A stretch of DNA of 64,000 nt from Lama glama. Taxonomy: Eukaryota. This document shows positions 38,681 through 51,909 of this stretch, piece by piece. Location: NCBI GenBank assembly GCA_028534125.1, contig CM052817.1, positions 94,056,001 through 94,120,000 on the forward strand, in the 5' to 3' direction. Every line of letters begins with the position of its first letter. Position 1 is the first letter of the stretch. The position numbers and the translations under genes are program-made. The notes beneath the pieces are model-generated. The model saw only the letters and a list, made by a program, of their open reading frames with translations, had not been told where the DNA came from and ran no database searches.

Positions 38681-39237
38681 TGAGGGTTCATTTCACTGGC
38701 ATGCCTGCATCGTGAATACCTCTAGGGTGGTATTCCACAGGTAAAACAAAGTGTGGTGTGTTTGGTAGCACTCCATTTGAGGTTGACTATGAATTCTTGG
38801 GAAGCTGAATAAGTTCAGATATCAGTTCCTCATGTTTGAGTCCTTGAGAAGACTCCTGGGAGCCTCACATCCAGACTACACATGCACTAAACTAAAGATG
38901 GTCCCTGAGGGCATCCTGAGGCTTTGGGGTGAGGAGGGAATTCCAGCTCCCTAACTCCCCAGATTTTCTGATTGCTCCTTTTAATGAATGTCTTTCTACA
39001 TATTCCTAAAGTCAGCTGTTTGCTTACGCTAACAGGGGTTCAAAGCCCATCATTCATAAGAAGCTCAATGAGCTGCACTGGTCAACATCCCTTGCATGAA
39101 GGGAGGTGCAGGAAACTGTGGAAGCACACAGCCAGAGCATTCAGCCTGTTCTCAACACACATTCAACTGAGTTATAAATAAATGATGATCTCAACTTAAG
39201 AAAAATGGGGGCTCAGATGAGAATCCAATAAAAATGT

Positions 39238-39759
39238 GCCAGAATATACAAACAGCTCATGCAACTCAATAACAAAAAACAAACAACCCAATCCAAAAAT
39301 GGGCAGAAGACCTAAACAGACATTTCTCCAAAGAAGACAGATGGCCAACAGGCACATGAAAAACGCTCAACATCACTAATTATCAGAGAAACGCAAATCA
39401 AAACTACAATGCGGTTATCACCTCATACTAGTCAGAATGGCCATCATTAAAAAGCCCACAAATGATAAATGCTGGAGAGGGTGTGGAGAAAAGGGAGCCC
39501 TCCTACATTGCTGGTGGGAATATAGTTTGGTGCAGCCACTATGGAAAACAGTATGGAGATTCCGTTAAAAATGAAAAATAAAATTACCATATAATCTAGC
39601 TATCCCACTCCTGGGTATATATCCAGAGAAAACCTCTAATTCAAAAAGATACACGTGCACCAATATTCATAGCAGCATTATTCACAATAGCCAAAACATG
39701 GAAGCAACCTAAATGTCCATTAACAGATGATGGAATAAAGATGATGTGATATGTGTGTG

Positions 39760-39807
<48 letters not shown>

Positions 39808-40283
39808 CACACATATATACAAAAAGAATGAAATAGCATCATTTGCAGCAACATAGATGGACCCAGTGATTATCATACAAAGTGAAGTAAGTCAAGTCAG
39901 AGGAAGACAAATATCATAGGACATCATTTTTATGTGGAATAAAAAATGATACAAATAAATTTATTTATAAAACAGAAATAGAATCATAGACATAGAAAAC
40001 AAACTGATAGTTTCCAAAGGAGAAACAGAGGGGGAGATAAATTAAGAGTTTGGGATTAGCAGATACAAACTACTATATATAAAATAGATAAACATCAAGG
40101 TCCTACTATATAACACAGGCAACTACATTCTTATCATAACCTACAATGAAAAAGAGTCTGAAAAAGAATACATATATATGTGTAATATATATATGAAACT
40201 GAATCACAGTGCTGTACACCAGAAACTAATACAACATTGTAAATTAACTAAATACTTCAATTTTTTAAAAAGGAAAGAAAGAA
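39238..40283 (+). mobile_element. ~1-kb 5'-truncated L1 (ORF2 C-terminus plus 3'UTR) with an internal (TA)n expansion
   Basis: Classic ORF2 end (aaatgggcagaagacctaaacagacatttctccaaagaagac...gcagccactatggaaaacagtatggag). Perfect 11-bp TSD aataaaaatgt at 39227-39237 and 40284-40294. Confidence 0.92.
39752..39820. repeat. (TG)/(TA)n/(CA) compound microsatellite within L1
   Basis: tgtgtgtgtatgtgtatatatatata...tatacacatacacacatatatac. Confidence 0.85.
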
Positions 40284-40859
40284 AATAAAAATGTAAATTG
40301 AAATTATGACTCATTCACACAGCTGATAGTTACTGATGGTCTATTATGTATATATTACTTTACAACTATGAGATCTGCAATTACTTTAGAGTCTGGGGGG
40401 TTGTTGAATCTGGTAAGTACTGAGCTTGCCATGGCTTCCTAGACACTTTGCCTGCAGCCTGGAGAAGTGCAGGCGAAGTGGAACAAGACAGGAAGGCTAA
40501 TTCTCGCTGTTCAGCACATCCTGTGGTTTCTGGGGTACTGTGAGCAGAAAGTATACTCTGCCAGTTGTATAAATCTGTACAAGGGCCAAAAAAAGGTGGT
40601 TTGTGGAAAATAATGTTTTGAGGCAAATAAAGGGGCAATCTTCAGGAAATAAAGTTACAAGAATTATCAAATTCTAAGCCAGTGAGAAGTAGCTCTTCCC
40701 TTACTTTAATGTGTGTCTGCTGCATCAAGTAGCTTTCTTCCCTCCATATCCCGCCTAGCATCTTGAAGGAGGACAATATAAGTCATAAAACATACACACA
40801 CAGACTGCCAGTATAGACCAGATGGCATGGTCACTTTTTCCTGGTCAACTATGCACTCT

Positions 40860-42570
40860 GGAAATGGAATGAGAGGCACCCAAAGGAGAACTCTGAAAAG
40901 TAGTGAGAAGAAGGTGAGCTGGTCTGGGACCCCAGGATGAGAGGAACAGCATCCTGCCCCCCCACCCACCCAACAGAATAAAGTCACCAGACAGATTCTT
41001 TCCCGACCTCGCAATGGAAGGCAGCACAGGGAGGCTCATTCCTCCCCCAAGTCGAACAGGAGTCTCTCTGACAACATCAGGCAAACCCAACTCCACAGGC
41101 AAGGGGGCTCCACCGGGAGCCCTGCGCTCGGGGAGCCACTTTCCTTCCTGCAGGACCTGGGATTTCCTTTTTCTGCCAAGAGAAACTGAGGTGAGTGAGC
41201 AGAACTGGCAAAAACCTGGCTACGGTTCTGACAAACAGCCCGGTCCAAGAAGCCTCTTTATTCCCATGGGCCCTAAACTGTCCTTTGCCCAGAGACACTG
41301 AAGCACCATGGGGCACTGATAGAGGCATTCTCCCACACCCTTCCAAACCAAAAGTCACCCATCACCCAGGCCTGGAGACCACCCCTCCACCCACTCAGGC
41401 AGCACCAGCAGGGTGCACGGGGGAGCCTGGGGGACTGACAGACCAAACCCACCAAAGTAACACCACAAAGGCCCTAGGAATTAAACTACCATTGGAACCA
41501 CCGACCACAAAAGTAGGCCAGGAGCTACAAGCAAAACTCGAACAGGGTGAACGCCTGCTAAAGTAAAAGGTTTAAGTGGGACCCAGAGTTTTGCCAACAA
41601 ATTGGCAAAATGTCCAGGACACAAATGAGAATCACCACCAAACCAAGAACCAAGAAAGTTACAATTTGAATAAGAAAAGTCAATCAAGACTAATTGAAGA
41701 CTAATCGAAGGTTGGAGCTACCTGACAAAGATTTGAAAACAGAATTATAAAAAACACTTCATCAATAACAAATTCTCTTGTAACAAATGAAAAAATAGAA
41801 AATCTCTGCAAAGAAACAGAAGTTATTGAAAAAAAGAGGCCATACAGAAATTATAAAACTGAAAAATACAGTAACAGAAATTTAAAAGCCCACTGGGTGT
41901 GCTCAATAGTAAAGATGACAGAGGACAGAAGTGGTGAACTTGAGGCAACTATTTGTGGGACAAGAACAAAAAACTCGACATTCTTATTATCGTGGTTACA
42001 TGAGGACCAGAGAAAGACTGTAGGGCTGAAAGGGCATTTGAAGAAATAATGGCTGAAAATGTCCCAAATTTGGTGAAACATGCAAATCTATGCATAGAGA
42101 AAAATCTTCAGAGTGTAGGGCTACCCAAGAGTTCTTAGAATTGACACCAAAAGGACAACCCACTATAGAAAAAAGCTAGTAACCTGGACCTCACGAAATT
42201 TAAAATCTTCTTCTGTGAGTACTCACACGAAGAGGATGACCAGACAAGCTACAGGGCTGGGGAAACATTTGCAAAGTACATACTGAACAAAGGACTAGTA
42301 TCTAGGATACATAAGGAATTTGCAAAACTCAACAGGGAAAAAGAAATCCAATGAGGAAATGGATGAAAGATTTTTCACTGAAGAAGAATATAGATGGCAA
42401 ATAAGCACATGAAAAGATGTTCAACATCATTAGTCATTAGGGAATGAATATTCAAACAAATTAAAACCACAATGAGATATCACTATATACCTGTCAGAAC
42501 CACCAAAATTAAAAATAGTGACAATACTAAATGCTGGCAAGGATGTGGAGAAACTGAATCATTCATGCAT
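40860..42570 (+). mobile_element. Old L1 mosaic: GC-richer 5' region, ORF1 fragments, ORF2 3' fragments
   Basis: tttgaagaaataatggctgaaaatgtcccaaattt (ORF1); gcacatgaaaagatgttcaacatcattagtcattaggg...aatgctggcaaggatgtggagaaact (ORF2). Assignment of the 5' part is less certain. Confidence 0.65.
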
Positions 42571-45567
42571 TATATACATTTAGAGAGTATGGCTAATATG
42601 CTGATTAGGAGCCTCAGCTGCAGGGAAAAAAAAGTGCTGGTTGAAAAGGAGGAAGAAGCAATTAATTTTCTACCATTCCTGTTAGCCAGACAAGAAGAAA
42701 ATAAAGTTAAAGAATGCCACCTTTCCTTAACCAAGCTGCACTGTAAGTACAAAAAGCTGCTCAAGTGTGCAGGAAACACCTTGAAATGAAAAAAGACTGA
42801 AAAAAAGTGTCCAGAATACAGCCTGTGAATTCTCAACCTGTTAATATCCAACATAAGCTAACAGCACCATACCCTCAGGCAGAGCGGGCAGGAGGTACCG
42901 CCTTGGAGCAGAAGGCACAGCCTAAGTCAGAGTCAGCGGGAGGCTGGGCAGCCTCGAGAGAATGAGGGATTTTAGTTCAGTTTTAACTGGAAAACCTGCT
43001 GAGCAGCAGCCAACCTTTGGGAAACTGCAACAAACTAGAAGAAGGCAGATCTGAAGAAGGCTGGTCCAAACTTTAGAAAGTAAAAGATGCAGTGAAAAAA
43101 ACTGAGTACACTGTAGAATCTCTATTTGTAAATGATTAGCACTCTGTAATTTCCCGAGACTTACAGTGAAAGTTACTTGTACACATACACACATACACAC
43201 CCAGTGGCAGCCAAGCAAGATGCAGCCTAACTCAGACACACTAGGCTCTGTACATGGCAATCTTGCCTGTTCAGGGCAATGCCTAGAATTAACTCCGCTC
43301 CTCAGCGTTCCCACAAATAGCAACCAGACTGGACCCAGCTCTGTTGCGTGTTGATTCAGAGCCTCCCTTAACCATTCCATCTCCTGTTACCTCATTGCAG
43401 GAGGAGAGTTCTGATTATGTGTGGACCTCACCTGGGGCCCAGGAGAACCGGAAGAAATAGGATGGGAGGGTAATCCATACATCTTTTTATTGCTATGCCC
43501 AAAATATAGATGCGATTAGAACAGATTGGGTGTTGGCTGCTTCAGTCAATCAGCCTGGTAGAGTTTAAGAGGAAATCAGAAATCAGAGGGAATGTCTTTG
43601 GCCCACCCTAAGCCAGATCATCTGTAACAGGAGTTACGGTTAGATTGTGACCTCATGGTTTTCAGGATGAGGCCATTCACAAGTGTGGTTTGCTGGGATG
43701 AAGATCTCAGCATGTTCTTCCACTCAATTATGCTTCTAAATATCATCACCACAACAAAATAGAGCTTTTCATTTGGCGGGGGGGAATCTATGGGTATAAA
43801 GGTTCACTAGTAGTCCCAAGTGCCAACCTTCTATTGAAAGCAAAACTAGCCTCAGTCAAAGAAATGTGGGCAACCTACAACTTTTCTCAGTGTGCCTTCC
43901 CGGTTATTGACTGTTTGGCTGAAATCTAATCACTGTCTCCTGGCTTGGTTGCTCCCTCACTGACCTTCAGTCTTCTCTCCCTGTTAGGCCCTCTCAGGGC
44001 TTTTCAGCGTCAGGGTGGTGACAAAAGCCACAACACTTTCCTCCCAACCGCAGCCTGTTTCCTTTACCCTGTGATGCAAGCTGGCCACCCTGAGAAGGTG
44101 GCTGGTCTACCAGATGTTCCTCTGAAATGGCTGTTCCATTCTGGTCTCCCTTGGGGCTTTTGCACGTGGCCAGACAGAAAAAGGAAGAGGCTACTTGGTA
44201 ACACAATAACCTATTTTCCAGATATTTCCTCCTGCCCCACCCACCACAACCCCGTACGGCCCCAGGCTCCCTGACGGTGGCCCTCTTCCAAACCTTCCCT
44301 GCTTTTATGACACTCTGATTGGAGACCAGTCACCAACAGCCTCCTTTCCTTCTTCTTTTTAAAACATTAGCAAAGATGTTCTTATGATGCAACGTTATCA
44401 GCACTTTTTCATCTTGTTTTGAAACTCTTTTAAACTGTTGTTTAATTTGCTTTAGCAAAACCTCTCAACCAAACATTGAAAACTATAATTAAGCACAGAG
44501 TTTTTAATTAGGGGAGCCACTGGTTTACACATGGAAGTGTAAAATTTGTGAAAGTCTCTACTTTTTCCTTAACTTTAAACTGATAAATATTTATGTCTAT
44601 TTTCTTTAAAAGGTTGGACTTTTACACTTTTCTCTAAATTCTCTGAAAATAATTTTGATATATATAATTTATTTTGATATGAAAGCCTTAAAATCTGTTA
44701 CATTTTTAGTTATAAAAGCAATATGCTCTCACTGCAAAATAAAACACATAAAGTTTACAAAGTAAAAAGGGAAGAATTCTCCTTTCCCATCTCCAAAACC
44801 TGCAACTAAAGAAAACAAATTTTAAATTTCTTAAAGGAAGAAAACTTAATCTTAAGTATACACAATTATTTTACTATAACTTTTACCTTCAAGATTGTCT
44901 CCCACACATATACAAATATATATAATATATATAAATGCATATCTATGTACCAATTAAACATATAAAATATGTATGCATATATAAACATTTTAAACAAAAT
45001 CAGATTAGATAATATAGCACTTAATCTTTCATGAATATTTTCGTCTCATGAGTATTTTGAGACCTACTTGATTTTATTCAACTGCAGAAATTTCCACATT
45101 GTGGATTTACCAAGATTCAGTCAGCCTCTTCTGAGTGTACCTTTATATTGTCAATAATTTGGGGCTATTACAAATACTGTTACAACTACTGTCCTTGTAC
45201 ATATATTCTTATTCATTAGTACAAATGTTTCTTCTGGATAAATTCCTAAGTATACAATTGTCAGTCAAAGGGTATCTATATTTTAAGTGTTGATAGATGC
45301 TTTCAAAATTGCCCTCCAAAAAGATGACTTCAATATATACTACCAGCGACTATGAATAATACCTGAAAAATAAGGTTTTAAAACTGAGTCGTAAAATAGG
45401 GAAAGAATATATAAGCAATTCTTTTAGGGAAAGCACACATACATAAGCATAACACAACTAGAAGCTATTACAAAGCTACTTATGAAAATACTACCAAGTA
45501 ATGTAGGATCGACAAAGATAAATATGATTTAAAAGACTAAATATATGTTTGAGTAAGTATGAATTTC

Positions 45568-46380
45568 TTTTTTTTAACATTTTTTATTAATTTATAATCA
45601 TTTTAGAATGTTGTTAAATTCCAGTGTAGGGCACAATTTTTCAGTCATACATGAACATATATATATATACATTGTCACATTTTTTTCTCTGTGAGCTACC
45701 ATAAGATCTTGTGTATATTTCCCTGTGCTATACAGTATAATCTTGTTTATCTAATCAACAATTTTGAAATCTCGTCTATCCCTTCCTACCCTCCGCCCCC
45801 TTGGCCACCACAAGTTTGTATTCTATGTCTATGGGTCTGTTTCTGTTTTGTATTTATGCTTTGTTTGTTTGTTTTGGTTTTCTGGGTTTTTTTTTTTAGA
45901 TTCCACATATGAGCGATCTCATATGGTNNNNNNNNNNNNNNNNNNNNNNNNNNNNNNNNNNNNNNNNNNNNNNNNNNNNNNNNNNNNNNNNNNNNNNNNN
46001 NNNNNNNNNNNNNNNNNNNNNNNNNNNTCTTTCTGGCTTGCTTCACTTAGAATGACGTTCTCCAGGAGCATCCATGTTGCTGCAAATGGCATCATGTTGT
46101 CAGTTTTATGGCTGAATAGTATTCCATTGTATAAATATACCATATCTTCTTTATCCAGTCATCCGTTGATGGACATTTAGGCTGTTCCCATGTCTTGGCT
46201 ATTGTAAATAGTGCTGCTATGAACATTGGGGTGCAGGTGTCATCCTGAAGTAGGGTTCCTTCTGGATATATGCCCAGGATTGGGATTCCTGGGTCATACA
46301 GTAAGTCTATTCCTAGTCTTTTGAGGAATCTCCATACTGTTTTCCACAGTGGCTGCACCAAATTGCATTCCCACCAGCGG
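45568..46380 (-). mobile_element. Relatively young 5'-truncated L1 (ORF2 C-terminus plus 3'UTR), spanning an assembly gap
   Basis: ORF 46092..46361(-) [13 protein letters not shown]...CTPMFIAALFTIAKTWEQPKCPSTDDWIKKIWYIYTMEYYSAIK is the L1 ORF2p C-terminus; poly-T at 45568. Confidence 0.92.
45928..46027. other. Assembly gap (exactly 100 N)
   Basis: Run of N in the sequence. Confidence 0.99.
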
Positions 46381-47504
46381 CACTACTGTTAATTGTCTTA
46401 AGCACAATAATGAAATGATGGAAGAAAGTCTTGTTCTCAGGAGGTGCATGTTGAAGAATTACGGTCCTCATGTCTGAAAGTTACTTTCAAATGGTCCAAT
46501 GTGGCAAAATGCATCAATATTTGAATCTAGAGAGAAGGTATACAAGTGTTCATTGTCCTATTGCTTCCACTTTCCTGTGGGATTGAAATTTCTTAAAATA
46601 GAAATTTGGAGAAGGAATAAAATGGTGAGGCTGTGGATCCGGTGTTGACTATTTCATTTCACTGTGTTAGATTCTCTGAGGAGAAAGAGGAGGTGCTTTT
46701 TGGGAACCCACATTGATTTATATCTCTAAGGTTATTTTCTTAAATTACCACGTCTGTGTTCTCCATACAAGACCAGTTAGGTTTGCAAGGAACAAAATGT
46801 CTCCCTGACAAAATGCCTCAGAAATACACGGCATTGATCCCAAGAGAGTCGACCTAGGAATGTCAGGAATTGAGGAGAAACCTCTCCACTGCTAGGAAGA
46901 CACCGGAGGCTCGTGCCTCCACAAGGTTGGGCACCAGGGCTGTCATCACACACACAGGCGGCACATCGTGACTTCTGACAGCTCCTCTAAATGTCTAGCC
47001 TAACACCAGGGAGTGGTACAAGCAGACGATGATCTAGCTCGTTAGCACTCAGGCCAAAATTACTTAACTTGTCCAGACTATTTTAAATGCCCATTTATTA
47101 GTGAATTTGATGGGTTGGTGAGGGTTGCATCCAACTCTAGCTGAGTCAACCTTCTTCCCTTTTCAGACACTTACTCAGAGAAATAAAGAAGGAAGGTAGC
47201 TCTTAAAATAATTCTCATGAGCACTTTGCCACAAAATTAATAGCATTCTGTCATAAACACAGGATTCAGAGAAAAATATATATGCATATATTATTAATTA
47301 CATATTTTATATATTATACACACATATACATATATATGCATATATACATATTTATACTGCATTTCACCTTTGCTAGCTTTGACAATTACTTTCATTGTTT
47401 TTTAAATTTTATTTTTAGGGAACTAGTTCTTTCTTAATTATCTCAGTAGTAAGAAGAGTCAGAAATATTCACATGGTATAGTGATGACAGTTTGCATAGC
47501 AGTC

Positions 47505-47765
47505 ATTTTTTTTTAATTCAGAAAAAAACTTTAATTACTTCTTTTCCTTCTATTGAAATGTAGTTGATTTCAATGTATAGTTGATTTCTAGTTTCAGGTA
47601 CACAGTAAAGTGATTCAGTTATGCATACACATCTATTCTTTTTCAGATTCTTTTCCATTGTAGGTTGTTATAAGATATTAAATATAGTTCCCTGTGCTAT
47701 ACTGTAGGTCCTTGTTGTTTATCTGTTTTATAAATAGTAGTGTGTATTTGTTAATATCAAACCTT
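47505..47765 (-). mobile_element. 5'-truncated L1 3' tail
   Basis: tattgaaatgtagttgattt...gtgattcagttat...atagttccctgtgctatactgtaggtccttgttgtttatc. Confidence 0.82.
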
Positions 47766-48552
47766 AACCCTTAATTATCACTGTATTTGAAGAAGTAATA
47801 AAAGTTTTCAGCATTATTTCTAGATATACTTATGACTAAGAACCTGGAGGGCTAAGGAAAAAAAAAATGATTTGCCAAACAAAACCCTAGGGGAAAACCT
47901 AAACATCCAAAACAAACTTAAAAACTCAGATAGTATTTGTCCACATGTTAGGAAATAACCAAATATGGAGACAGAGGCAAAAGAGTGGCTGAGTCCTAGC
48001 TCATTAGCTGTCATATGTATCCACCATCAAACAACAGTAGGCTTTATCATGCATTTTTTTCATCTGAAAGATGCAGGGCTCTTAAGTCTATTTAGTATTG
48101 ATTTGAATTAAACTATACATGAATAACTCATAAAATATTCTTCCTGGGACCTATCTTATTTCTGGAGATGAACCGGCTTCACAGAAAATGGAAGATGAAA
48201 GTATAATTAAAATAGATTCTTATTTAATATCTAAACATTCTAGAGGTGTGGGTTTTAGCATTAAGAGACACAGTCCTCTCTGCAAAACTGGTCTCACAAG
48301 CAGAAAGAGTAGCCTTACAGCCTTCCAGAATCCTAAGGTTTTCACAGTGGATTTGAACCTGGAAGTAACACTGACCCCTCCCTTCCTGCACAGACACACA
48401 CACACACACAAATAATAATAATATAATAATATAATAATAATCAGTGATAATACCTGAGCTTCTAGCAAAACAAAAGAGAACAAAAGCAAAAACTCCTGCA
48501 ATCTCCACACATCATACCTGATATTCTGATGTGCTATATATGATTTATTCTT

Positions 48553-49070
48553 TCATTCACTTATTGATTCACTCAACAAATACTTATTTACCGTCGATAA
48601 TGCATCTCATTCAAGGAGGTAAGGGGATGGCAGTAAATAAGACAGACAAGGCCTCGTTTGGATGGTCGAACAGGGAAGGCCTTTAAGCTAAAACTGGGTA
48701 ATGAGGAGTATCCCCTGCAAAGATCCAAGGACACGCATCCCAGAGACAGACAATCCAAGAACTAGGGCTCCAAGGTAAAAATAAACTTAGCGTGTTGATG
48801 GACAAAGGCTAAAGCCTGGGAGCAAGAAGGAAAGCGGTAGGAGGTAAGATGTGAAAAGAGCGTAGTAGCCATAGGAGGAAGTTCCGTTCTTATTCGGCAT
48901 GAAGTTGGATGCCATTGGAGGGTTTTACGCAGAGAAGTCACTAATGTCTTATTTATGTTTTTAAAAGATTGTTCTGGCTGCTTTTAGAAGAATGGATTGT
49001 AGGAGGCAAGAGGGAAGCAGTGGACAAGACAGGAGGGCAATTTCAGATTATAGCTTGGACCAAGCTTTTA
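48553..49070 (-). mobile_element. L2 fragment
   Basis: tcattcac...tcaacaaatacttattt...ggagggtttta...tttttaaaagattgttctggctgc...agaatggattgtagg. Confidence 0.7.
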
Positions 49071-49479
49071 TTGGTATAAATGATGCATTCTGAGTGCCTG
49101 TGACATGTATAAAAGGCCACTGTGCCAGCACAATGGCTAAAGTAAATGCGAGAATCAAGGGAAACTAACAAAAGGAGAGAAGATAAGGGAAGAAATTGGG
49201 AAAGATCTGAATCTAGGAATGGGCAGTTGTGTCATGAGCAAAAGTAGAAGACCTTGAATAGGACTTCCATGAGTCTGGCATGTCTCATTGTAGAGAAGTA
49301 AGAAAGCTCCAGAAAATAAGATAGTGCTCAGGACTAATGAGGCACGTCAAAAGCCTGGGGTCGGAATGCAGGGGCCACCACTAGCAATACTCCAGACAGA
49401 GCATTCATCAGAGTGAGTCCTGACCGAAGTGGGTCTTACGGTGAAGAAAAGGATCCAGGAAGGCATATTTACACTGATT

Positions 49480-50310
49480 AAAAACAACACAAAACTTATA
49501 GAAAGTCCAAGTGGAGGAGGAGTTACTCTTTACAGAAAAAAAAAATGCAAAGGCATGATGGAAGTAGAAAATCCCCACTTACACAGTCACTACCGTAATA
49601 CCTGATTCAACAAGAACCAAAAATGGATGCCAAACTTACTGGGTACAAGATTCTTTGGGAAAAAATACTTACATAGTCACAAGGTTTCACCCTAACATGA
49701 ATTATTAATTTGAAAGGAAAAAGGTCTTCTGCACCTCAGGCAGACGTCTGGCAGCAACGACTTTAACTAAACAGTCAAGTTCAACATTACCGATAATGGG
49801 ACAAACATTGTGTGCCCGTGACGTGACTCACTGAGAAGGACCCACGTCACCTGGATAGCATTTCTTTCAATAACGTGTTACCTGCATCTAATCACAAGGA
49901 AGAAATTAAACAAGTCCAAACTGAAGGACAATCTACAAAAATAACTGGTCCAGACAAAAAAAAAAAGTCAACATCATGAAAGGAAAAAAAGAATAGGAAA
50001 GTACTCTAGTTAGGGGCTAAAAAAGCACATTAACCAAACATAATAAGTTATCCTTTATTGGATCCTGGACTTTAAAAAGTAAAGCTATAAAGGATAGTAT
50101 TCAGACAATTACAGAAATCTGATAATAGACCATAATAAGAGAATATTTTTGTTCTTAGAAGATACAGCTTGTGTCTCCTAAGGGTTGAATGATTATGATG
50201 TCTGCAGATGGCTCAAAGACAGAGAAATAAAGAAGCAAAAGATTTAAAATATATACAGTTGTTCCTTATCCTCACCTTGCAAATTTTCTGTAGATTTGAA
50301 ATCTTTCCCA
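49480..50310 (+). mobile_element. Old L1 3'UTR (L1MC-type) remnant
   Basis: aagtccaaactgaaggacaatctacaaaaataactgg...ttggatcctggac...tttctgtagatttgaaat. Confidence 0.6.
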
Positions 50311-50411
50311 GAAGGGAGATAGGAAAAGAAAACAGTACAAGTGCTCTGCCTGCAGCGGCAGAGAAGACACAGCTCTCCGGCCATCTCCTCACTGCCGGGA
50401 CAGCATCCTGC

Positions 50412-50655
50412 CAGGCTGCATAGTGCAGTGTTAATGGCACCGGCTCTGGAGCCAGATTCCTGGGCTCATATTTCAACCTTTTTACATATTGACTGTGTGG
50501 CCTTTAACAGGCTACTTAACTTCCTTGTACCTCAGTTTCTTAACTATAAAATGGAAATAAAAATAGCACTGACCACATAACGGTTTGTGAGGATTAAAGC
50601 ATTGGAACGATGCTGGTAAACAGTGAGCACTCAATATATGTAAGCTGTTGGTATT
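50412..50655 (+). mobile_element. Near full-length MIR
   Basis: ggctctggagccagattcctggg...ctgtgtggcc...acttaacttccttgtacctcagtttc...gtgaggattaaa...gagcactcaata. Confidence 0.85.
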
Positions 50656-50825
50656 TTTCTTCAGTGGTCACTCAAGTCAAGACTAAATATCCTCAAAAAA
50701 TACCCATGAGAGAATGCATCTTCTAAAATATAATTATAGATCTCATTCATAAACAAAATTATCATCTGGAAATTTTTTTTATCCTTTCTTACTCCAAGTA
50801 CTCTCCAAACTTCAATTTAAAGTTG

Positions 50826-51022
50826 TTTTTTTTTAACATTTTTTATTGATTTTTAATCATTTTACAATGTTGTGTCAAATTCCAGTGTTCAGCACAATTT
50901 TTCAGTTATACATGAACATATATATATTCATTGTCACATTTTTTTCTCTGTGAGCTACCATAAGATCTTGTGTATATTTCCCTGTGCTATACAGTATAAT
51001 CTTGTTTATCTGTTCTACAATT
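50826..51022 (-). mobile_element. Young L1 3' tail, same subfamily as 45568-46380
   Basis: Nearly identical to 45568-45755, including ctctgtgagctaccataagatcttgtgtatatttccctgtgctatacagtataatcttgtttatct. Confidence 0.88.
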
Positions 51023-51909
51023 TTTTAAATGAATAATTTTAGTAATACATTACCTGCTTTGTAGGATTACTGTTATGATTAGAACTTTAAGAATACTTAA
51101 AATGGTTATTCCAAGTAAGCACAAAAGGCACAAATTATATTTGGCACTCCCTATGATACATGACAGGCAGATATTTTAGAAATATTTTCACTTAAAATAG
51201 TTCAAATTTTAATATTTAAATTCTAAATTAACTCTAAAACATCCAGAAAGAAGATTGCATCAAATTGTTCATTTCCTGAGATCTGTATTAGCTAAGGTAT
51301 AGTAAATTTTCACTCTCAACTATGCTTTTAAAAATATTTCCTTCAGATGTGTCTTTCCGTTAATACTAAAATGGGGAAGTGAAATAAAACCCAGGGACAA
51401 GCAAATGTAGACATCTAAAAATATAGTTCCTCCCCTCCCCAACATGACTCTGGGATATAGGGGGCTATATTCTTAGTGTGAAGGTGAACTAGAAGTGAGT
51501 CTGTTCTCAACTCCAAAGAATTGCAAGAAAAATCAATTCTCTCAAAATTGGCACTGTATTGGGGGGGTGCAGAATGATGCTAAGAATTTGGATCCACAAT
51601 TCAGTCCTTATTGTGGGTTTGTACCTGAATTCATACAACACGTGTAGGGTAAAAATCTCAAGCCAAGAATTCAGCATGACATAATTCCTTACTGATAACA
51701 CCCCCAGGTTCCCGGAAGCAAATAAAAACACACTCTGCAAAAAGCCAACTTCCAACCAAGCCTATAAGAATTCCCACAAACAAAAGTCAAGGAAAATGAA
51801 TGGTCCACAGTCAAAAACAACAAAATACATAAGGAAAAAGAATGAGAACTAGTGGAACAATATGGTCCACAAAACAGTCCTATAATAAATTCAGATTGTG
51901 GAGTTATCT

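Noticed and set aside
40706..41687. Cluster of overlapping 60-120 aa ORFs on both strands
   Set aside because: Expected from locally higher GC in a probable old L1 5' region; no recognisable domain or splice structure.
42922..43380. 152-aa minus-strand ORF, the longest outside USP38
   Set aside because: No recognisable homology, and it includes a translated (TG)n repeat (CMCVCV); consistent with chance.
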